Of a stretch of DNA of 64,000 bases, positions 55,090 through 64,000 are shown in pieces. The position numbers and the translations under genes are program-made. Origin of the DNA: Octopus sinensis. Its lineage: Eukaryota. The stretch spans positions 80,600,001 through 80,664,000 of the forward strand of contig NC_043003.1 in NCBI RefSeq assembly GCF_006345805.1. Reading direction: 5' to 3'. Every line of letters starts with the position of its first letter. The stretch's first letter is position 1. A model generated the notes under the pieces. The model was not told where the DNA came from and ran no database searches. It was given only the letters and a program-made list of their open reading frames with translations.

Positions 55090-55860
55090 AGTTCCAATAA
55101 TGGCTTGGATCTGTAGTCTTTGAATCAGCTGTCTTCTTTCTGATTTCGAGAAGCCTAATTTCTCAAGATTGGTATTTTAGTCAGTAAGTTACATATCCCA
55201 ACGCCCAAATAATTACTGGATAGTTTAGCTCTAGATTTCTCACTAGTTCAGCGTAGGCATTTTCTATCTCAACGATCTTTAGCTTTATTATAACATCCGC
55301 TGGGCAGCTAATTTCTACAATTGTATATAGTTTCTCCTCTCAGTCCCAAATTACAATATCAGTTCTATTATGTTTACATTTTATTGAGGTTATCATCGGG
55401 ACACCAATACTTCTTTTTCTTATGAGTGGCTATGTCTTCTACCATATTGAGGGTTCTTATTTCTCTGGCTCCAGGGTTATCCTTCTGACGAATCTTATTA
55501 TACAGTGTCCTAGCTACTACATTATGCCTCATCGGTAGATGATAACGTGATGATAAATTCAGACATCTGCTTATGACGAGGGTGATATCTTCGGTGTTAA
55601 CTCCATAAAGTTTGCATCGGTTATCACATTTCGCTGCTTTTCCTGCACCTCTGTTCCTTTTGTGCACCAGGTATTTGATTGATATTTCCTGTTCCTGGAT
55701 TGTAAACGCATACCCTTCAAAGTGGAAGTTAGTAATACGGTTGTTCGTCCATGGGAGTCTGCTTTGATGGTCTATATAACTATCTTCACGGAGTTTTCTA
55801 TTAACATATCCATGTGCGATCTTTTGCTCATATACGCTCATCTTTTCATCTGATGATACT
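55090..55860 (-). pseudogene. R4/Dong-clade LINE C-terminus (CCHC + RLE)
   Basis: EGYAFTIQEQEI, CDNRCKL..EDIT.VIS.C..L..RYHLPMRHNVVA, RTDIVIWD, EISCPAD. Confidence 0.85.
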
Positions 55861-56169
55861 TTGCAGGATAGTCATGCGACACCTTTGGGCATGGACTTAA
55901 GGTTATCAGGCAAGGAATGCTGCTCAAAGAGCTGCTTTCCAAGTCTTATGGTGTTATCATCCCCATGTATGCAAACTTAGTCAAGGGAAGCATTTCGAGT
56001 CTTGGTGATTTCGAAGGTTTATTTAAGTATGTACACACCAAAGAACTGAAGAGAAAGTTCAAAAATGGTGTGTAAATGATGAAGGTGTGGTAATGCTGGC
56101 TGTCAACATCTGACTGATGAAGAAATTGTGAAACACTTTCAATATAGCCCGTAATGTGCTGGGTATATT

Positions 56170-56700
56170 ATACTGGAGCGGTTAAAGAGAGCGATGGATA
56201 AGCTGAGGTCCGAGCAAGCAGTTTTCACCAAATCCTACGGACACCTTGTGCATCATGACTGATCATTTGAATAAGTGGTAGAGTCCGCTTTTTACAGCCT
56301 ACGTTGGATTTCAAAAAGGCTCTGGATAATGTGGACAGGGGAATAATCTGAAGGCTAATGCAGCATTATATTTTACAGAAAAATAATCAGCATCATCTTA
56401 CATGATTATGGTGTTACTACTCAGATCATCTAGCAGACGTTAAACTAGCAGACGCTTTGATCGTTCAAACTGGTGTTAGGTAAGGTTTCCTACTGTCACC
56501 AATGATACGCTTGCGAGTAATCGACTGGATCATGAATGAGATAAAATCGGCAAGTGAACCTGGGACAGGATGGACAACAGTGAAGCTACTTGAAGATCTC
56601 TGTTCTGCAGATGATATAGAACTTCTATAGCATAACCCCTTGGAGATGCAGTCCAAGGTCATGAAGTAAGCCGAACAGGCAATGAAAACGGAATAGGATG
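56170..56700 (+). pseudogene. RTE-clade LINE RT relic, left part
   Basis: DFKKALDNVDR-like, QTGVR.G.LLSP, LEDL.SADDI remnants. Confidence 0.75.
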
Positions 56701-57494
56701 TAAGTTTCGAGGCCGCACACCTGTCATCAAGAAATAATTCGATTAGTTATTGTCCCGCATTATGACGATGTGTTTCATCGTCTCTGTGGAACTAGCCCGA
56801 ACAGCATACACTATAAGTAGTGGATTAGCCAACTTCTCCCTTGGGGGCGTCCACGACAACAACTTCTCCCTCGAAGTTTTCTCTTTTTCAACCGTTTTAA
56901 AAATATATTTTAGCTTTTCTTTTAACCGGAATTATTTTTCCTTTTATTAACATTTTTTCTTGTTCCACAGAGAATTATATATATGTATTTCTTATTTCAA
57001 CATAACATTATGATATATGTATATATATATTTATTCTTTCTACGACTTTTCATTTCGTTACACTTTTCTCGGCAGAAACTGGATCGGTTACCTGCAAATT
57101 TTCATCATGTTTTAAAGTGTTTGCACTAGAACGATTTCCTCAGCGAAGCATTTTCAGTAGAAGGACCATTTTCTGTAAAATATGGCTCAGATTCTCTAAT
57201 TTCAGAATTTTCTACAATGTGTTCTTCACTAGTCTCTTCCATTGTCATTTCGTCTGGAGTCTTTTCAATGAGGACTTGTTGAGTATACTCAATCGCAAAA
57301 TGGCTTGCGTTTTCTTTGTCTATTTTAGCTCTCTCATCAGCTGGTTCGTTTTTAATTTCAACAGATAATATCTACTTACGTTTGAAATTTTCTGGCATTA
57401 GTCGCTTTAAATGTATCGTTAATTCTTTTTCATATTTTTCTTCTATCCAGAATTATTTTTTCTCCTCGCAGAATTATTAAATCCTTCGCACGGG

Positions 57495-57497
<3 letters not shown>

Positions 57498-57563
<66 letters not shown>

Positions 57564-57570
57564 GTTGTTG

Positions 57571-57615
<45 letters not shown>

Positions 57616-57674
57616 TATTATTATTGTTGTTGTTGTTGTTGTTTGATGTTGTTGTTGTTGTTGTTGTTGTTGTT

Positions 57675-57706
<32 letters not shown>

Positions 57707-57762
57707 TTTTGTTGTTGTTGTTGTTGTTGTTGTTGCTGTTGCTGTTGTTGTTGTTGTTGTTG

Positions 57763-57812
<50 letters not shown>

Positions 57813-57942
57813 GTTATTATTATTATTATTGTTATTATTATTGTTATTATTATTATTATTGTTATTATTATTGTTATTATTATTATTATTGTTATTATTA
57901 TTATTATTGTTATTATTATTGTTATTGCTATTATTATTATTA

Positions 57943-57977
<35 letters not shown>

Positions 57978-58542
57978 GTTATTATTATTATTATTATTAT
58001 TATTGTTATTATTATTGTTATTATTATTGTTATTATTATTATTATTATTGTTATTATTATTGTTATTATTATTGTTATTATTATTGTTATTATTATTGTT
58101 ATTATTATCGTTATTATTATTGTTATTATTATTGTTATTATTATCGTTATTATTATCGTTATTATTATCGTTATTATTATCGTTATTATTATTATCGTTA
58201 TTATTATCGTTATTATTATTGTTATTATTATCGTTATTATTATCGTTATTATTATTGTTATTATTATCGTTATTATTATCGTTATTATTATTGTTATTAT
58301 TATCGTTATTATTATCGTTATTATTATCGTTATTATTATTGTTATTATTATCGTTATTATTATCGTTATTATTATCGTTTTTATTATCGTTATTATTATT
58401 GTTATTATTATCGTTATTATTATCGTTATTATTATTGTTATTATTATTGTTATTATTATTGTTATTATTATTGTCATTGTTATTGTTATTATTATTGTTA
58501 TTGTTATTGTTATTATTATTGTTATTGTTATTATTATTATTA

Positions 58543-58576
<34 letters not shown>
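57498..58576. repeat. About 1.08-kb compound ATT/GTT/GTC microsatellite with a 12-bp higher-order unit
   Basis: Runs of ATTATTATTGTT and ATTATTATCGTT. Confidence 0.95.
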
Positions 58577-58577
<1 letters not shown>

Positions 58578-58609
58578 TCTCACTTGGGGGCGTCCACCAG
58601 GAATAGTAC

Positions 58610-59100
58610 TTAAACCCTTTCGGAAACTAAACGGTTTGTGTATCTAGGCAGCATTCTGTCAACGACAGATGGAACAGAGGAAACTGTGAGTCCCAGTATC
58701 TGCAAGGCCTGCCACGCTTGAAATAGTCTCCTGCTGGTCAGGAACTCCAAAGCCATCTCCCTCAAAACAAAGCCCACATCCTCAGTTCCAATGTCAAGGC
58801 CGATTTCTTTATGGGTCAGAATGTTGGAAGGTCACCAAAGTCATAATGAATAATTTACAGATCTATAGATCTTCGTTATAAGATAAGTGGGCTACATCGT
58901 CAAGGTCTGGTTACCGGACAAAATTTGAAAAAGAAGTTGGACAGAACGAACAAACCCCCCATCAATCAAGAATTTCTGTAATGGAAATGGTGATGGATCG
59001 GTCAGGCTCAAAGAAGACATGGAAGTAAGTATTAGACTGACAACTTGAAGAAATAAGGAAGGTTAGACGACATAAGATATCAAAAGGACTAAGTGAAAGC
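58610..59100 (+). pseudogene. RTE-clade LINE relic, right part
   Basis: ETKRFVYLGSILSTTDGTEE..KAISLKTK, the expected continuation of 56170-56700. Confidence 0.75.
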
Positions 59101-59441
59101 TATCGGGCTCCCTTAGTCTGAAATCAAGGGTGGGGCCCAAGATCCCGTTGCGATTGTAATGTCTCCATTGCAAATGTATTGTCTAAAGCTGCGCATGCTA
59201 CGTAAATTTCTACTTCGAACTTTTGTGTAAACCTATGGTCGGAGCAGTGTGGTACAGAAGTAAATGTAGTTGATAATTAAAGATGTGTTAAGGTATTTTC
59301 TTCGCACTGGTCAAGAGGTATAAACATTCCTCTGGTAAACATCCCTTAATGTTATGTCGCCGGGAGAAATGAACGCATGAAGACGATCTACCCAGTGGCC
59401 ACGGATACCATGGACTCCACTATAATCATCCCAGGAATACG

Positions 59442-59489
59442 GTCTGTGATCTGAAGAGACATGTGACCCGTGGAAACGCGCGTAGCGAC
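59442..59489 (+). ncRNA. Hammerhead-like motif with canonical core
   Basis: CUGAAGA-GA-CAUG-UGACC-CGUG-GAAAC-GCGC-GU-A; palindromic helix III ACGCGCGU; helix I poor. Confidence 0.4.
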
Positions 59490-59708
59490 GCATTAAATAG
59501 TTACAAATTCCATTTAAAAAGTATTGTTATTATCACTACATTTATTCTACCTTATATCGTATATCGGTACAGATCGATGCAACACCCAAAACCGGTTAAC
59601 CAGTCAGCATCATTAGCCTATGACCGGCATAATGGAACAGGTGCTTTTATTGCATATTCAAAACCTTTTCAGTAAGTAATTTTAAAACTTATGTATATAT
59701 ATATATAT

Positions 59709-59842
<134 letters not shown>

Positions 59843-61402
59843 AATAACAACAGCAGCAACAACAATAATATTTTGGACTAATAGGTATAAGTTGATTAGT
59901 ATGTTTAAGTGTTGAGTAGAGGACTGACACAGTTTATGCTCTCTGTTGTCATCTGCAGTCGTGGTATATTTCCGTTGGTACTACTCCAGGAACTACTCCA
60001 GGAACTCCGCAGTGTCAGTTGGGTAATTTCTCTAATTAAGCAACGAGAAGAGGGATATACTATTACACTTTATTCTGTTCGTTTCGGCCTGTCCTGCTAT
60101 TGTCCTTTATCCATTCCCTAACTAGACGGGCATATAACAACATAGCAGCTGGCATTCAAGATATTTAGTGAGACATAGTTTTATCTATGGATGTACCTGA
60201 TGAACCCAGACTGTAAAATGGATGCGACGCAATATGTTGAACAGAGTCCAACACATGCAAGACAATAGCAGGACGGCTCGAAATGAAATTTGTACGGAAT
60301 AATGTTTAATATCAAATCCATCTTCTCGTTACTTCTGTCTGTCTCTGTGTGTGTCTTCTAGGATCGCGGGCATCCTCCATTCGATTGCTCTCAAATTTCT
60401 CATGTAGATACCGACGGTATCAGGGTGTGTATAAGTCTTGAATAAATTACAAAAAATCAATTCCAGGTGAGAATGCGATCGATAAAGCCGTGGGAACGTG
60501 CATTTCTACGCGCAAGTACATCAGCTGTTGCGATCGATTCCACGCGTACGCGAGAAAAATGCACGGTGTCTTAAAATATAGGTTAAATCAGTGTTTCTTA
60601 AAGGGGAGGCCTATGGGACGGTCGGACAAGTTGTTTGAGAAAACTTGGTTTAAATGTTTGACAAGTCAGCACCGTCCATTGGACGGGGTTGTTTTGCTCG
60701 TTGTATATATATAATATATATATATAATATAGATGGATATACGCACGCATACATTACGCAATCACATACATACATACATACATATACCAATTCTCAGTGT
60801 ACAACACGAATAAATATATATTTAAATAATGACTAGAAAACTGTGTATGCATTGTTATGAATTTCTGTTTATGACATTTTCTATACGCCACATTTAAGGG
60901 TATGCTCGGATCGGAAATCGAACCTTGCACAATGCAGTGGATTATGTATTTATACTATTACAAACGGCCTTCGCAGTAGTTAAGCCTATGGTACATGGAA
61001 TTGATTTTACATTACTGTCAAATAGTTTTAATGTCAATTATTAAAACAAGCGAAGCGCGGTATCTTTCAATAATATTTACATTATTCATATAAATAAAAT
61101 TTTCCCTTTGAAAGGGTCTACAGCTACTAAAATATGTTTGCAATATACATTTATGAATATGTGCGTATGATTTACAGCAAAATTGCCTGCTTAAACTATT
61201 TATCAATTGATATGTCTCTGAGTGCTTCTAACCGTTACTTATGTCATGCTGTGTTAATGCTTGCCATAAACTATGTAAGTGATATGCTATAGTCTCAAAG
61301 TAAACTTAGCAAAGTAGAGTCGTAACAATGCAGATAGCAATAATAGAGAAAGAATGCCTGAGTTAGAAATTTGAATAGGAAAGTAATAGCGGATTGTTTT
61401 CA

Positions 61403-61485
<83 letters not shown>

Positions 61486-61505
61486 TATATATATATATAT
61501 ATATA

Positions 61506-61538
<33 letters not shown>

Positions 61539-61599
61539 TAATATATATATATATATGTATGTATGTATATATATATAATATATATATAATATATATATA

Positions 61600-61632
<33 letters not shown>

Positions 61633-61752
61633 TATATAAGAGAGTTAGATATATACATGTATATATGCATGCTTACATATATGCATAAATAAATTCATAT
61701 ATACATACACACGAACATACATATATATGTACGTACATTCATACGTACAGCC

Positions 61753-61810
<58 letters not shown>

Positions 61811-62399
61811 CATTTTCAACACAATGCCAGTTTAAGCTAGTTGTTTGTAAATGTAATGTTTCTGAAAACAATTGCAGTTGAAACTCAAGAAGGAAAAGTA
61901 ACAAATAATAAATCAAATAAATAATTCTTCGATGTATTTGTATGTACAATTCTAGGATATTCAGTAACATAATTGTGTACGCGCGTGTGCGTGTGTATTT
62001 GAAGGTATGAATGTAAGTGTGTGTGTCTATTTATGTGCGAGTGTCTGCACATATATATGTATTTTTATTCAGCGGCAGCCTATATTTCAACGGTAGTTTT
62101 GTTTTCGGTTGTGTGCTTTTATGTATACATATACAGGAAATTCGGTTTGGGAAATTCCATTTTCTCTCTGGCGCCGCAGTAAAATGGACTCCCTGTGTGC
62201 CCTTTGCTTGGATAGAATTGAAAAACCAAAGATTCTACCCGAAGGAGATTAATATACAGAAAATATTTCATATTTAACGGAAAGTAAAATTTTGTACAAG
62301 ACCATCTCAAAGTACTCAACGTAGGTCTAACAAATAAATCGAAACAGCTAAGTATTATTGAAAGAGAACATAATAAACTTCGATAAACTTGATAGGTTT

Positions 62400-63670
62400 T
62401 AAGCAAAATGGCACACTCCTTGTTTAAATGAACAACTTACTCTGACGGATACTAAGTCATCTTTCAATCAAGTTTTGTGGCGCCGTAGATCAGAGCTAAA
62501 TCGTCCGAATCTAGTGAGAACTCTAAAGAGTTGCTCAGTGTCATTACTTAGATTCTCGGCAGCTTTTGTAGATTGGACAAAAACTGAATTAGGAAAGCTA
62601 GAGAGAAGAGCCATGCAGGAATTCAATATGAATCCACACAAGGGCAGATATAGCAAGATTATATTCACCTTGAAAGGAAAGCGGATCAGGGTTAACATCA
62701 GTAGAAGACTGCGTGCGGTTAGCTAGAGCAGATATAGACTCCTATATATGTTATAGTGAAAAAAGTTTATTAAAAGCTGCTAGATTCACAGAAAGACATA
62801 GGAAACAAAAACAAACGAAGTTAAAAACCAGAAAAGACGAACAGAAATTATACGACTGTCTGGAGAAGGAGTTGCATAGTAGATTCTCAAAGATAGTTGC
62901 AGAAAATACTAGTAGTGAGGCATAGCTATAGTTGCAGAAAACAAAAGCTGGGGAGACATAAAGTTTGTTTGTAGCAGCACAAGATCAAATGTTAAGGAAT
63001 AATTGGATAAAAACCATGATTGACTACAATCAAGTAGACTCCCGACGTAGGTTATGCAAGTCAAAGGAGAAAAGCGATACTCATACAGTAAGTAAATGTA
63101 GCATAGTGACATAGAAAGAATACAAGAAAAGACAACCTAGAGAGAGTAATCGACTGGTGGTTCAGTAGATAACTAGGATTTGAACATACTAAGAAATGGT
63201 ATGAACATAAACCTAGTAAAGTAATACAAACTCAGAAATACAAGAAATTGTAGAACTTAAACATTAAGACTGACAAAGTGATAGAGCTAGAAGGCCTGAT
63301 TTAGTAGCAATAGTATATAAAGAGAATGGAAAATGACAAATAATTGACTTTACAGTCAGTAATCATGAACAAATCAATATGAGATGTATAGAAAAAGTAG
63401 AAAAGTCAGGACCTAGCCATTGAAGTACAGAGACTATGGAAAGTGAGGGTAAAATGTATCCAAGTACTTATAGGTGCATTGGGAACTATCGCTAAAGAAT
63501 AGAACAGATGGATAGAAGATAGAGGCATACAAATCAGTTCAGTACGGCTGCAGAAAACAGTAGGACAGCTAGGATGCGTAGGAGGTCTCTTGACATCTGA
63601 AGTTACTTGTTGTAGTCCGAAGTTAGGATATTTTTTCCAACAGTCTAGTCTGTTGTGTGTATATGAAAAT
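62400..63670 (+). pseudogene. R4/Dong-clade LINE 3' part (thumb, CCHC, RLE, 3' UTR)
   Basis: CAAQDQML, RRPDLV, LAIEVQRLWKV, VLIGALGTI, followed by an AAT/GAT/AAC tract. Confidence 0.8.
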
Positions 63671-63789
63671 AATGATGATGATGATGATAACAACAACAAC
63701 AGCAATAATAATACCAACAGTAACAACAACAATAATAAATTATTATCATCATCATCATCATCATTATAATAATTATTATTATCATTGCC

Positions 63790-64000
63790 TTTGCACAGCT
63801 TCTAACGCTGGAGATATACTACAGTATCAGCTGTTCACTAGCAGTGAACTAAGGTAACACCTCTTATTTTTCGAGCACCTTCAGGAGTATTCGAGCGATT
63901 CCAAGCAGTGCTGTTTTCTGCAAGTCTTCCATCCTAATTGCAGACCCTATTTGGTCCACGTACTTCTCCAGATTTTGCTCACTGTTTCCAGGGCTCTGAC
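63790..64000 (-). pseudogene. R4/Dong-clade LINE 3' end, runs off the window
   Basis: AL(E)TVSKNLEKYVDQIGSAIRMEDLQKTALLGIARILLKVLEK-stop; 3' UTR hairpin GTTCACT-AGC-AGTGAAC. Confidence 0.85.

Noticed and set aside
56113-56140. CTGATGA...GAAAC
   Set aside because: No helix II or III; lies next to the RTE relic; expected by chance
56700-56745. Minus-strand UUGAUGA-CAGG..CCUC-GAAAC
   Set aside because: Mismatched closing pair, no helix I; overlaps the RTE junction

Overview
AT-rich eukaryotic, animal-type DNA that is almost entirely repeats. The landscape (tRNA-derived SINEs, R4/Dong, RTE and Tx1 LINEs, dense TA/TATC/AAT microsatellites) resembles an octopus or other coleoid cephalopod intron/intergenic region; the organism is inferred, not shown by the sequence. 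The only long intact ORF (31484-34234, +, 916 aa) is ORF2 of a young, 5'-truncated Tx1/L1-clade LINE sitting in a (TATC)n tract. Other elements: a degenerate Ty3/gypsy LTR retrotransposon with both LTRs (16612-20368), about seven R4/Dong relics, RTE relics, a second old Tx1 copy and many SINEs of at least three families. No complete host gene is visible; three small minus-strand exon candidates (51.8-53.6 kb) splice in frame. The most interesting signal is a set of short non-coding units of unrelated sequence that carry minimal type-I hammerhead-ribozyme-like folds, some with non-canonical cores (a G3-C8 swap; U at position 6). They lie next to (TA)n tracts and are repeatedly embedded in or beside inverted duplications (44 bp, about 68 bp and about 500 bp arms). 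This suggests Penelope-like or retrozyme-like non-autonomous elements. All alignments and folds were done by eye; boundaries of degenerate relics are approximate.
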